In this document: in pieces, positions 29,206-44,273 of the stretch
Layout of the letters: each line of letters begins with the position of its first letter
Position numbering within the stretch: position 1 is the first letter of the stretch
Assembly: GCF_009914755.1 (NCBI RefSeq)
Contig: NC_060928.1
DNA: 64,000 nt
Reading direction: 5' to 3' (one strand)
Source: the human T2T-CHM13v2.0 reference genome, Homo sapiens
Program-made: the position numbers and the translations under genes
Notes under the pieces: generated by a model
Databases searched by the model: none
Told to the model about the DNA's origin: nothing
Seen by the model: only the letters and a program-made list of their open reading frames with translations

Positions 29206-31688
29206 CATGCAGCTATACCCAGGACTTGTTAGCACCTTATTCGCTAGCAACCACATCGACTGGGGGCTGGGGGATACCAGAACTCTGAGGGGACCTGGAA
29301 TCAGAGGTGTGAGAGAAGAGGATAGGTAGGCAGATGGTGCTGCTCTGCTTTTAACATTATCTATGTTGAACAGACTTGCTTTTCATTTTTAATAACCTCA
29401 TGTTAACAGTGTCTGGTTCTTAGAGTGAGCTGGAATAAGCTATCTTCAAAACTTCTCCCCACCATTTAGGAGGCATTTTGAAATAGTTTTTCTGCTTACT
29501 GATCAGAATAGTGTCAAAGAACAAATGAGAGTATGTGCAAATGCTACTGCAGCATTGACATCTATGAGAGTATGACGGTGCATACTTCTGTATATTTATG
29601 TGTGCCAAGTAATAGCAAAACAGTTAAGAGGCTATTGGGGGAAACTTGTGCATAATTTCTTGGGAAAAAAGTTTTCCTGAATTTTAAAAGGATAATTTTA
29701 TTTTCTTGCAGTGGGTGGTTTTGCCCAATGCCAAAAACAAGTATGTAACAGTGTCCCAGCAGGGAAAAGCCACTCTGCCTCAGGCTGTTTTGTCCTAATA
29801 TGTAGCCACAAATATTTCTCATATTGTAAATACCCTTTGTAGAATTTAGATCATGTAAACTTTTAGTTTTGAAATATTGCCATTTATGTGAACTTCTGAT
29901 AATCTTTGAATGTCAGATTTTGTCCTGGCCTTGCAAATTTTTTCTCCCCCTTTTTTAAAAAGACCGTCATTTAGGGGACAAGAACTCAGCCTAGGGATGC
30001 TGGTTAGCCAGTGACTAAATATTCCAGGATGCCAACATAAACCTCGACCAACAGCGGGCCTCTGCTGATGTTAGGCAGCTTTTGGCTCTTCACATTTACT
30101 GAAAGTCAGACTCCAAAAGGAATTTCTTTCACTCTTCTTTTTCTTTCCTTGTGTATATATACTGATGGACAGAAAGAACTTAGCACAGGGCCTGGGTCAT
30201 AGTAAATGCTTAACAAAAGCTACCTGTTAAGTCTGTCTCTTGTTTATTACAGGCATTGGCATCCTTTTAACAGTGAAGTACTGTATCTGTGAAAGCATTA
30301 CAGAATGGTAGGAAAATAAACTTTGGCTGTATATCCAAGGCTTAGAAGGAATTAAGACGGGACAGAAGGAACTCAGGTTGCTGCCATCTGAGAGCAGAAG
30401 GGAAAGAAGAGGACATTCCCCAACTCTTCCCATCCTGCTTGGGTTTGGTTTGGCTTGGTTTCCTTTGCAATTTCCATTGGCCCCAGCAAGCATTTAAGCG
30501 CTCTGAGTCCTAAGACAGAGTAATGGGATTAAAGCACATGACATATGAAAGAAAATGGCAAAAGAATTTTAGATTTGGTACCAGGGCAAGGATTAGGGCA
30601 TTTCAGAATTTCTTTGTAAAGCTCTTAGAGATTTTGTGTGAGAGAAGCAACTGCTCTTCGTTGGATTTTAGCTACGGAAGTGGTAGGCAGAGTCACTCCC
30701 GCAAGAACAGCACAATGCAATGGGTAATGTTCACTACAATTACCTTTCAGAGAGCGCTAAAGTAGTTTCTTGATGCCCCCCTCCACACTGAGAGTGAGGT
30801 GCCAGAGGGCAGATTGCTGGCTGGTGGCACAAGGAGTCATGGGAAGGTCATGGGCTTTGGAGTGGGACATACCTGGCTTCAAATCCACTTATACACTGTG
30901 TGAAGTTTGACAAGTTAATGTCTCAGAAACTCAGTTTTATAGCCCCGAGCCAAAAATAAAAACACCTTCCTTGCCTGGTTGTTATGAGAATCCTTTGAGA
31001 TAAGGTACACAAAACCTCTACAGATAGGCACCAACCAGTGCCGTTTTCCTGGACAAATTCATGATTTAGGGAAAGCAGTCTTTTGCCTTTTAAAAAGACC
31101 TACAATAAGATAAACAGACTTAAATATGTTTACAGAGCCATGTAACCAGCTTAATTTACATAAAATAGAAACATTTCTCAGATACATAGCTGGATACTGA
31201 AAACTTCAGAACTGTCCTGGCCAAACCCAGAGGAAACCAAATATAGGGTAGGGTTATTTTTTTTTTTCTTTTTCATCACGAAATTAGGAAATGGAGAACA
31301 GAAGCCTGTCCATTCTGGTAATAATGTTTGGTAATTCAAGGAAAATAAGACTTCCATTTTGCATTTAGTTCCAGTTTGATACACTTTTGTAGCAGTAGAT
31401 TTTGGGGAGTTTTAGAATTGTTGTCCAAGACCAGCAATTCATTTTTCCAGAGGTTTCATGGAATCAAGTAATGTCAAAACAGAGAAACTCAGAAATAAGA
31501 TGAGAAGATTATTTCGAGGCAAAGTAGTGGTGGGATGAATCCTGCCCCCCACCCCGATCCACTCCCAAGACTCAGCTGGTAGTAATCTAGTAATAATTAT
31601 GATGATAATAGTGAGGATAACAACAGTTAACATTACTGGAGAAGTTACTGTGCAAGAAGGAATGTGTTAAGTACATTTCCTATATTTT

Positions 31689-32080
<392 letters not shown>

Positions 32081-33950
32081 CATTTCCTATATTTTTTCAT
32101 TTACTCTCCCTAACAAATCTACGTACTATTTTTAATCCCTGTTCCAAAGTTGGGGAGACCAAAGCATGCTTAAAAACATTGTTAATTAACTAGTGAGAGG
32201 CAGACCATGAGGCCTAAGTTTGCAGTCCCTTGTGAGAAGCAGGCACCTAGTGTCTCTGAGATGCGCCTGTGTGAGCCTTCTACGAATAACCTTTTTTAGA
32301 ATTAATATGAATTTGCTAATTATTTCTACCATTGCAAATTATTTTCCCAACCCACATTGCTGGAGTATTCTTTTAGATTAGGGTTTTTCAACCTTGACCC
32401 AACTGACATTTTGGAATTGATCAATTTTTGTCGTATGGGCTGTATTGTATTGCCTGGGTTCAGGCTCTGTTGTTACCAGCCTCAGCACCACACTTTCTTT
32501 GTTGGTGTCCCTCAGGCCTGTCCATCCCTTTGTGGCCCTCTCCTCTTTAGCCGGATGGAAGGTGCCCTCTGCTCTCTGCCAAGCCCTGACTGATTACAAT
32601 ACTAAACACAGCAATAGTTTGTTTAGAAATAATGTCTGTGCCTGCCTCTTTAAATTACAGACCCAAGCTCTCTTCCAAAGCCATATTTTTCCAGCCTCTT
32701 AAATGAGCAGATGAAGTTTCTGACAGGTTGGCTCTGGGCCACATCAGATGAAGACACGCAGCCTCCTGTTTAGTCTTCTGGATTGATCGTGGTAAAGCAG
32801 CACTGGCCTTTGGGAAGAACAGCCTTCCTGTTCAGGAAAAATCCACGTTTGCATCTGTCCGCTCTTTTTTGCTTATGAAATCTCATTTGCCTTCCTCTGC
32901 AGTGGAGCACAGGTGAGGAAAATTGACCTCTTTGTAATTTGGAGCCAAACCATTCAGAAAGTATAAATCATTCATTAAGATGGAAATAATTTACATTTCT
33001 TGATTGGCCTATAGCAGTTTGAAGCAAATTAGGTTGCCATTAAGCAGCTGTCTTGGAGGTTTGTACCAGGGCTCTGAGGTTCCCTCTGTCCCTCTGAGAA
33101 TGTAAAGGACTCCTTGAGTACCAGGGCCAGGCTACATCTGGCCTCACTCACTGGAGCATCTCAGGGAGAACTACTGGGGAGCATGAAAAAAGGCCAACTC
33201 TATTGATGGTAAAGGCAGCACATAATAAATATTCACTTTCGTCTTCCTTCCTTCCCTCTCTGTCTTCCCTAATTTGAAAGGTAAAGAACAGGGCTAGGGG
33301 AAAGGAACTCTCAAAGGAAGAGAGAAACATTATAGATCTGGGAGACTGGAGGTGAAGTGGTGGGGTTTGTGGAGTCTCTGTGGCTCCTTTGGCTTTTGGA
33401 ACTTTGGCTGCAGACTTTTTGGCAGTGTTTGGGTTCTGGGTGCCTTTGAGTGCACCCTTCCCCTATCTCCCCCTTCTCAAGTCTGTTTGGCTGTGTGGAG
33501 GTAGTGAGGTGGTGGTTAGTGCCTGGTGGAAAAGAAGCAGAAGCTGCTGTGAAGCTCAAGGGAAATCATTTCTTCCTTTCTGCTAAGACAGATCCTGAGT
33601 GCAGGGAGGGAAGCTGCACCCAAGGGCGCTGCCCACTGGCTGGAGCTGGGCTGTTCCTCTCAGGGAGTGAGGAAAGACAGAGGAGGCCCACATCAGGCTT
33701 CATAAACAAGAAGCGTCTGAGTTATTGAGAGTACGAAAGGCACATGGGAGGTTAGAACCTCAACCTTAGCAAGGTATTGCATATTCTAAAAAAATCCTTG
33801 ATATCCCCACCTCCCAACTGGGTGTATTGATGACTGAATAAATGCTAAAGAAAGACTACAGGACGAAAATACCTTAAGTGCTACTTAACCAAAAAATGGA
33901 AAACACTTTAAAGTATGTGGGGAGATGAAGGAGAGAATTTAATAATCCAT

Positions 33951-34309
33951 TGGCTTAGTCCTTTTGGGCTGCTAAAACAAAATGCCATGGACTGGGTCGC
34001 TTATAAACAACAGAAATTTATTTCTGACAATTCTAGGCACTGAGAAGTCCAAGATCAAAGCACCAGTAGACTCAGTGTCTGGTGAGTGCCTGTGTTCCCA
34101 AACACAGTGCCTCTTTGCCATGTCCTCACTCAGTGGAAAGGTGAGGGCCTCTCTGGGGCCTCTTTTATGAGGTCACTAATCCCAATCATGAGGGCTCTGC
34201 CCTTATGATCTAATCACCACCCCAAAGGCCCCATGTCTTAATGGGATCACGTTGGGCGTTAGGATTTCAAAATCTGAATTTTAGGGGGACAAAAACATTC
34301 AGACCATAG
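33951..34309 (-). mobile_element. MLT1A-like MaLR solo LTR
   Basis: ttagtcc..gggctgct..aacaaaat..aaacaacagaaatttatt...cattcagaccatag. Confidence 0.8.
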
Positions 34310-34436
34310 GATTCATTTAGAAACTGTTTCATTTACTTAAATGTGACCTATAGGATACTTTCTATTGGCACATCAGCCATTTTCTTTAGCACTTTACAGA
34401 AGTCCACTCTCCTGGGGTACGGAAGTTCCAGCACCT

Positions 34437-34877
<441 letters not shown>

Positions 34878-35342
34878 TCATTTGAATTTACAACAACCTT
34901 ATGATAACGTATATGGCAAGTATGTTATCTCCATGAGGAAATTGGTGCTTCAAGAAGTTAATATCTTGCTCTGAATCATACAGCTAATAAGTGCTAGAAG
35001 CCGGCTCCTCTGCCAGTGTTTGGTCCTGTGCACTTCCCCCCATTGTGTACTATTTCCCCTGAAAATGGGAGAATGTGTCTGTTTCTAAGGACATTGTGCA
35101 ATCAGAATTGTCTCTGAAAAGTGGGGTTTGGAGGCAGGAGCCATTGGACAATATTTGAGTCTGACACAGAAACTACAGAAACTACCCTATTTTAGCAGAA
35201 ATCTCAAAGTTTCTCTTGTTAGCTGAAATTTTCTGAATCCAGAGAATTGTTGCATCTCTTTATGAGCTTGAGAGTCATAGGGCACGTATGATTATCCTTA
35301 TTTTATCAATGAAAAACCTGAGGCTCAGACAAATTAAGTAAT

Positions 35343-36000
35343 GTGTAGTGATAAATTTGGCATTGTCCAAAGAGAGGGCTGGACTTGGCCCTCAGCTTCT
35401 GGAAGGTAATCTACATCATACCTAATAGGAAGGAGAGTATTTGTGGAGGGGTCTGACTGTGCCTGACAGTCTGAGCTGGTCATACCAGAAGGACCAACCA
35501 TGTGATTTTAGGGTTGAGCCTTCGGAGCAGTTAACTTGGAGGCTGAGTGTCAACTATGCTCAATCCATGAGGCAATCAGTCACGCCTACCTAATGAAGCC
35601 TTAGTAAAAGCTCTGCCCATGGAGACTTGGGTCAGCTTCTCTGGTTGGCAGTACTCCATGTATGTTGTCATACACCAATGCTGAGAAGGTAACATGTTCT
35701 GGGGACAGTAGAAGCTTCACAGGTGTAGCCCTTTGTATGCTTTCCTTATAATAAACCATAACCCCATGAGTATAACAAACAGCCTTCAGTGAGCATCCTT
35801 TTAGTGAATTATCAAATGTGAGGGTGATTTGGGGAACCTCTTGACCTTGCGGTTGGTGTCAGAAGTGTGGGAGATTTTGTGTTGACTTTCCCTTTTAGCT
35901 TTGTAGTTGGGCTGTAACTCCTTGCCGTTGGTGTCAGAAAGTCTTGAGTGGACTTGGCAGTCTGAAGGACCATGTCCTCCAACTTTGCAGTTTGGCTAAC
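35343..36000. mobile_element. ERV LTR (MER21/MER77-like) within a MIR
   Basis: ccaaagagagg...ggaaggtaatc; ttctctggttggcagtactc; repeated ttggtgtcagaa; MIR sequence on both flanks. Confidence 0.5.
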
Positions 36001-37650
36001 TGTAAGTAAGTCACCTGTTCACAATCACCAGAGCCTGAGCCAAGAATAGAACTCATATGATTGTAACACAAATACATGTAAGTACATTTATAACACAAAA
36101 TGCTCTCACTAGCCATGTCCCAACCAGTGCTCCAACCTGCTGGAGCATCTCTCAGTGGAAACAATGGCAAACAGAGCATCTGGAAAGTGGGATGTCCGCA
36201 GTGGGAGGAAATACGGAGGGAGCCACCAGTGGGATGAAGCAGCAGGACCAGGTGGGAGTAATTGGGAGGTCTTGGGATTGGATCAGTTGGCACATGGCGG
36301 GAGCAAGATCTGTAACCTTTATACATCTGCAGGGAAGCCCTCAGCTCTACTGAAGTAGTGCTTCCATCCATCAAAAGCACAGGTGATGAGGCTCTCTCTA
36401 GCATTTCATCCAAGAGCTCTTAGGCTGATGTATGGCAGTCCAAGACTTCAGCTTGGATTCAGTCCCATTTCCGTAGGTTTCTGGCCTATGCCAACCCAGT
36501 AGGATGAGCTAAGAGATTACAAGATCACACCTACCTTTGCTCCACAGATCTGAAATTGTTGTTTTCCTCTTGAAATTTCAAAATTCCAGGAAAAGGAGTA
36601 CAGCTGTAAAAATAATAGAGTGCTCACCTTGAAGCTGATGGCAGATGTATTATAACACAGTGAAGCAATCATCCAACACGTTTCATATTGCAAAGTGCCC
36701 AGGAGCACCGTGAGGATTTGTGTTCAGTCACGCCATCCGTTCTCTTCAAAGAGAACAACAGAAGCAATCTTAATCCCCCGTAAAATCTGCTATAATGTTC
36801 TGTTTGACTTTAAGGCTTTTTCATAACTGTCAGTTTAACTGTTTCAACTCACTTGAAGAGTCAATTTAGTCCAGCAGACTGGCTCTATGAAAAGCAATTG
36901 AAATTAGTTATTTGGGTACATTATCAGGTCAAGGGCATCTTGAAACTGTCAAGTTGGCTGTGTATATGGTTAGGGGGCTTGGGGAAAGCATGGAGGAAAG
37001 TAGATAATTAGGCACCCACTATATACCAGGTATTTTTTCTACTTCATTTAATCTGCACAACATACTGCATAATCCCCATTTTATAGATGACAAAACTGAG
37101 GCTCAGGGAGATTAAGTAATTCTCTCAAGGTTGTAAAAATGGCAGAGACAGCAGTAAAACCCAGACCTTTCTGCTACCAAGTCTCTCTCTCTATGTATCT
37201 ATTTTTGCAGGGCAATAATTTATTAAAGCAAGAAGCTGAAACCTTTGCATTCTGCAGTGAGGATCAGGGTATCACTGAAAGACAGTGGAAACCAGGATAA
37301 AAGAGTTTTTACACCTCAGAGATTAAATTTCACCAATATTTTCACCAATATTTTTAAAATTAAGAGTCTGTTCCCAAGGGACATCTTGTCTGCGCGTTTC
37401 TTCACTGCCATCTTGGCAGCAATAGCTTCCAGAAGTGCATTAAGATTGGCAAGTTGTAACTTGAACAGAGGATCCTGAGTGAATAAGAAGCCTGTGATTT
37501 TAGTAGCAAGGGCTGGACAGAGCACTGCATTGGCCTCCTAGCAGCAAAAGGCCAGAATGAGTAGTAGGAGGCAGACTGACAGCCTCGTGGCATCTTATTT
37601 TGCTTTGTCTGCTACCAAGCCTTGATCTCCCCAGTATTCCACATTATCTA

Positions 37651-38019
<369 letters not shown>

Positions 38020-38225
38020 TTAACTTAAGAATCTAAGTATGAAATTCTGAGGTATGACCTACACTTTAGCTCTGATTTATGGTGAGGAGCGTGTGTATAT
38101 TTTTTCTAATGGATTGGTTAATTTTTCCCTGATCTTGTTGAAATGGCTAGGACTCAAATAAGTTTAACAAATGTTCATGAAACATAGTTTGTCTAACCAT
38201 TCTCCTTTTCATGGGAAAAGATTGA

Positions 38226-38227
<2 letters not shown>

Positions 38228-38270
<43 letters not shown>

Positions 38271-38549
38271 CAAGGTCTTACCCTGTTGCCCAGGATGGAG
38301 TACAATGGTCTGATCACAGCTCACTGCACCCTTGGGCTTAAGGGCTCCTTTCACCACAGCCTCTCGAGTAGCTACAACTACAGGCACACAGCACCATGCC
38401 CAGCTAATTATTATTATTTTGTGTGTGTGTGTGGAGATGGAGTCTCATTTTGGTGCCCAGGCTGGTCTCAAACTCCTGGCTTCAAGCCATTCTCTCACCT
38501 TGGCCTCTCAAAGCACTGGTATTACAGGTATTAGCCACTGAACCTGGCC
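38228..38549 (-). mobile_element. AluJ-like with (TG)21 tail and (TG)7 linker
   Basis: Diverged Alu body; TG repeats at 38228-38269 and 38420-38433. Confidence 0.85.
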
Positions 38550-41221
38550 TGGAAAGACTGATTTTGTAACCAATGTTTTTGTAATCAATATGTTTTTCCT
38601 TTTCTAGGAAAGATTCCAATTTATAAAATGCAATGAAAGTCATCAATTAGTTTACTCATATTTCCTTTATCTCTTATACAGTTACACCCAGAATTGTGTT
38701 ATACTATCTCTTAAATATATACACATTATATTATAATATGCTCAATATTTTACTTTGAAATGGTCTCTGCTATATGATGTTTGGTTGTGTATTAGTCAAC
38801 TAGAATGGCATGCTAGATTTGGCACCAATTAATTCTACTACTTAGACCTCAAGTTAGATTTTACCTTTTAATCTCTGTTTCTGAACCTCACCTAACCCTT
38901 TCTCTTGCCTAATTGGCACCTAATGCCTAATACCTTCATACTATCCTTTGCCCTTCCCTCAAGTGATTGAGACTTCAGCCACCCAACTACTGCATGTCCC
39001 AGGAATGGCTCCAGGTGCTGAAGATACAACAGTGAACAAACAGTCCCAAATCCTGTCTTTGGAGAGTTTCTGTTCTAGCAAGAAGCTTCCTTATCAAAAT
39101 TCCAACCCTTGAGCATCTTAGCCGGGTATGAGGCAATTTGATTATCATGTTACAGTATGCCAGGGCATGGTGTAATTGATTTATAAGGAGTCTTTCTGTT
39201 TTTTTTTTTTAACAAACATTAATTTATATATCCTTCTGATTGAGGTGTGAGATCTGAGGATCCATCTCACATCTCCTCTTGTGAGATGTATTCATTTAAC
39301 TTACAAATAATGAATTCTGGGAAAAGTTTTTAAAGGAATATCGAAAGCTAAATGATCATATTGTACATTCTAAAATTAAAGATCATTTTCAAGAATGTTT
39401 TTCATTTTCCTTTTTAAAATTTGTGTATGTTTCATGTGGATACCACTGGGATAAAGATAATTGCTCGAGTTCTCATAGCCAACAAGTGAGAGAATAGAAA
39501 CTCAAATCCAACCTAATTTAATTCTTAAACTGGTGTTCAGTTCTCTAAACTCTCGCTGCCTCTCCACACAACTGTGCATAGTTTTAACACAGCAATTACT
39601 ATTGATATACAAACCTGAAATGTAGGGCTATCTTTCCTGAAACTTGACATGGCAAGAGAGGAGAATACAAAAGACAGATTTCAATATCACTGTCAGCCTA
39701 AAATAGAGACAACCTGATGGGATTTACATACATTTAAAATATATCCCTGTGGTTTACATTAAGATCTTCTAAACTCATTGCCAGTTAGGTATCAACAGTT
39801 CTCAAATCAAAGAGCAAGTCAGACAGGCCTGATGCTGTTGCTTAGAACAGAGGGAGGGTTCCCTTTGAAAACAACTCTTTTCTGGTTATGTCAGCATTTG
39901 GCATAAAAACCATGTCTGCTACTTTAACTTTTTACTGAATTGGATAATCAGAGATTGCTTGGCATGCAGATCTTATGATTCCAGATACACATCTTTGCAA
40001 AGCTATAAGATTTCAAAGAAAACTTAAAGCCTTTGGGACAACAACAAATTTCTATCAATTTGTCTCTGTAAGTATCTGATCTCTAATCTTATTAAGATGT
40101 GAAACAGACTCTGTAAAATTACTGTTGGCAAATTTGCACAATTGATGGAACATATTAAGTGAGCATAGGTATATTTCCTCTTGTTGAAGTGGTATTAAAC
40201 TCTCTCATTGTTCCTTTACTGAGTTCAGATGTTTTTAGCAGATCATAGTCAATCATATGATCTATTTCTAAATGTTTTAATTAGAGGATCACTCTGTCTC
40301 AACTTGCCTAAACAATTATAAATTGAAAAAAGAAGCGTGGCAACATATCCTATATTTCTTAGGCAGGAATTACTCATACAGGCATTCACATAAAGAGAAT
40401 TTGGCGCAGTTATCAAATGGCCGTGGGTGAAACAAGCCAGAATTTCAACTGCAGCCTAGGATTTGCAACTTACATTACTGCTTTTTCCACTGAGTAACAT
40501 GTGGGTTGACAACATGCTTCTCTACTTTTTGTTAGCACCATAAATTAATGGTTTTATTGGAAAATAATAAACACAACCACTGCTATGAGGTCTGAACATA
40601 GTTGTATCGTTTAATGTGAACATCAAATGAAACCTATGATTAAAATATTATGTTTATGATTTATAATTAAGCTGTGTAATAATTATTACTAGTTACCAAT
40701 TTTTAGAAATGATATAATTTACTTACTGAGACCAAATCCATTTCCACTCTTTTTACTCATTTTTTAAGATTCACTGTATTTACAATTACTGTCATAGTTT
40801 CTATTTGGTCTGTTTGGTAATATTTTGCATCATTATGATCCTTAATCATAATTTTCATTACCCTCAAAACACATAGCTGACATATATATGAGAAGAAAGA
40901 CGTTCTGAATTTTACACATGGAAAGGCAGAAGAAATTGGTTGATGCTATGTGATGGGGTCAGTAAGGACTTTCTGTGGTGCCTCTTAGTATTTCCATATC
41001 CGTTTGTAAAAGTGAATGGATCACTACAGCACCTAGAGCAGAATACTGAGGATTGCAATCCTCCAGGCATGGTGGTTTGGTCACTCTGTCGGTTACCTCA
41101 AACTTCTAAGGTTGAATGTTTATGTCACCCCCAAATTCATATGTTGATATTTGAACTTCTAAGGTAAGGGTATTAGGAGGTGGGACCTTTAGGAGGTGAT
41201 TAGATCATGAGAGTGGAACCC

Positions 41222-41518
41222 TTTTTTAAAATTTTTTTGAGATGGAGTGTTGCTCTTGTCACCCAGGCTGGAGTGCAATGGCACAATCTCGGCTCCCTGC
41301 AATCTCTGCCTCCCAGGTTAAAATGATTCTCCTGCCTCAGCCTCCCAAGTAGCTAGGATTACAGGTGCCTACCACCATGCCCAGCTAATTTTTGTATTTT
41401 TAGTAGAGACAGGGTTTTGCCATATTGGCCAGGCTTGTCTCAAACTCCTGACTCATGATCTGCCTCCCTTGGCCTCCCAAAGTGCTGGGATTACAGGCAT
41501 GAGCCACCGTGCCTGGCC
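41222..41518 (-). mobile_element. AluS
   Basis: TSD g(a/g)gtggaaccctt. Confidence 0.92.
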
Positions 41519-41689
41519 GGGGTGGAACCCTTATAAATGGGACTTGTGACTTTATAAAGAGGCCCCACAGAGCTGCCTTGCTCCTTCCACCACCTAAGGA
41601 CATAATAAGAAGGCAGTGCCATCTGTGAATGAGGAAACAGGTTGATATGGTTTGGATTTGTGTCCCCGTCCAAATGTCATGTTGAATTG

Positions 41690-42156
41690 TGTATTAGGAT
41701 TCTCTAGAAGGACAGAACTAATGGAATATATATATACATATATACACACACATATATATACATATATATATGTATATATATAAAGGGGAGTTTATTAAGT
41801 ATTAAAGTTCCACGATAGGCCATCTGCAGGCTGAGGAGCAAGGAGAGCCAGTCTGAGTTCCAAAACTGAAGAACTTGGAGTCTGATGTTCGAAGGCAGGA
41901 AGCATCCAGCACCAGAGAAAGATGTAGGCTGGGAGGCTAGGCCAGTCTCTCTTTTTGCGTTTTTCTGCCTGGTTATATTCCAGCAGTGCTGACAGCTGAT
42001 TAGATGGTGCCCACCCAGATTAAGGGTGGGTCTGCCTTTCCCAGCCCACTGACTCACATGTTAATCTCCTTTGGCAACACCCTCACAGACACACCCAGGA
42101 TCAATATTTTGTATCCTTCAGTCCAATCAAGTTGACACTCAGTATTAACCATCACA
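41690..42156 (-). mobile_element. MLT2A-type (ERVL) solo LTR with internal (TA)n
   Basis: Minus strand starts TGTGATGGTTAATACTGAG; 5-bp TSD AATTG. Confidence 0.88.
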
Positions 42157-42452
42157 AATTGTAATCCCCAATGTTGGAGGTGGGGCCTGGTGATTGGATC
42201 ATGGGGGCAGATTTCCCCCTTGGTGCTGTTCTCCTGATAGTGAGTGAGTTCTCCAGTGATCCGGTTGTTTGAAAGTGTGTAGCACCTCCCCCTTCTCTGT
42301 CTTACTCCTGCTCTGGCCATGTGATGTTCCACTTCCCCATTCACCTTCCACCATGATTGGAAGTTTCCTGAGACCTTCCCAGAAGCAGAAGTGGCTATGC
42401 TTCCTGTACAGTTACTGGAACTGTGAGCCAATTCAACCTCTTTTCTTTATAA

Positions 42453-42859
<407 letters not shown>

Positions 42860-43559
42860 TGAATCTGCCAGGACCTTGATCTTGGGCTCCCCAGCCTCCA
42901 GAACTGTGGGAAACAAATTTCTGTTGTTTATAAGCTACTCTGACTATGATATTTTGTTATAGCTTCCCAAACGGATGAAGATACAAACCAACTGAGGTCT
43001 TGGTTAAGACAAAAAAAATCGTGAATGAGAAATGGAAGAAGGAAATTGTGACGATCAACCTAGGCCCCCTCCTTTAAGTTTGAATAATTTCAGCTTTTCC
43101 CTTTGTTCCCTCAGTCTTAGGGAGAGTAACAGTTTCCTGTGGTTGCTTCTTCCACGATGTCCCTTTTTACTCTTTTTGTTATCTATTTAACAACTTTATA
43201 TCTAGCTATCTATTTTTTATGTTAAATTATCTCTGCTCCAACTTGCAGTGTAGTTTCTGCCTGCCTTCTGACTGGCCCCTGGCTGATGGAGTTCTCTCAT
43301 ACAATACTTTCCAAATGTCACTCCGTGGGCCTCAATCTTGCAATTCTTTCCTGTTTCTTGAAACTTGAGGAGGCCTTGCGCATTGACTTCCCATCTTGCT
43401 AGTTATCTTGCTAGGTCTTATGGTACTATTTCACAGATCAGCCTGTCTTCATTTGTGCCTTCAATATCAGAATGTAGGACTTCGGGGGCTATCAAATATT
43501 CTTGCACAAGAGGTGGCATGAGAAAAGCAGTGTTTAAGAAAGACTTATAAAAGGACTTT

Positions 43560-43797
43560 CTTTTTTGAGACAGAGCCTCACTCTGCTGTCCATGCTGGGT
43601 GATTCCCCTGCCTCAGCCTCCCGAGTAGCTGGAACTACAGGTATATGCCATCAAGCCTGGCTAATTTTTGTATTTTTTGTAGAGACAAAGTTTCTCCATG
43701 TTGCCCAGGCTGGTTTTGAACTCCCAGGCTTAAGCCATCCACCTGCCTTGGCCTCCTAAAGTGCTAGGATTACAGGTGTGAGCCCCTGTGCCCAGTC
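43560..43797 (-). mobile_element. Alu with internal deletion in the right arm
   Basis: Jumps from ...atgctgg to gtgattccc. Confidence 0.85.
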
Positions 43798-43945
43798 AAT
43801 AAAAGGTTTTATGGAAGCAAGAAGTAAGAAGAGGGAAATATCACAAATAGGCAGACTTGTTAGGAGTCTGCTGAAAGTTATGTATATTGTGATTACCATT
43901 TGTACTGGGGTAGTAGCAGTGAGAATAAAAATCAAGAGCCATTGT

Positions 43946-44273
43946 GCACCCAGCGTGGTGGCTCATGTCTGTAATCCCAGCACTTTGGGAGGCCGAGGTG
44001 GGCAGATCACTTGAGGTCAGGAGTCCCAGACCAGTCTGGCCAACATGGAGAAACCCCATCTCTACTAAAAATACAAAAAATAAAAAATAAAAAAATGAAA
44101 AAATTAGAAGGACATGGTGACAGGCACCTGTAATCCCACCTACTTGGGAGGCTGAGGCGGGAGGATCGCTTGAACACAGGAGGTGTAGCTTGCAGTGCAC
44201 CGAGATCATTGTGCCACTGCACTCCAGCCTGGGCAACAGAGTAAGACACTGTCTTAAAAAAAAAAATTAAAAA
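43946..44273 (+). mobile_element. AluS
   Basis: TSD aagagcca(t/a)tgtg. Confidence 0.92.

Noticed and set aside
28820-29288. ORFs with SIYL repeats; array superficially repeat-spacer-like
   Set aside because: Translation of (TCTA)n; eukaryotic STR, not CRISPR.
35934-36413. 159-aa minus-strand ORF
   Set aside because: Non-ATG start, overlaps LTR/MIR remnants, no family resemblance.
37326-37352. 12-bp tandem repeat tttcaccaatat x2 and nearby YY1-like GCCATCTT
   Set aside because: Too short to distinguish from slippage or chance.
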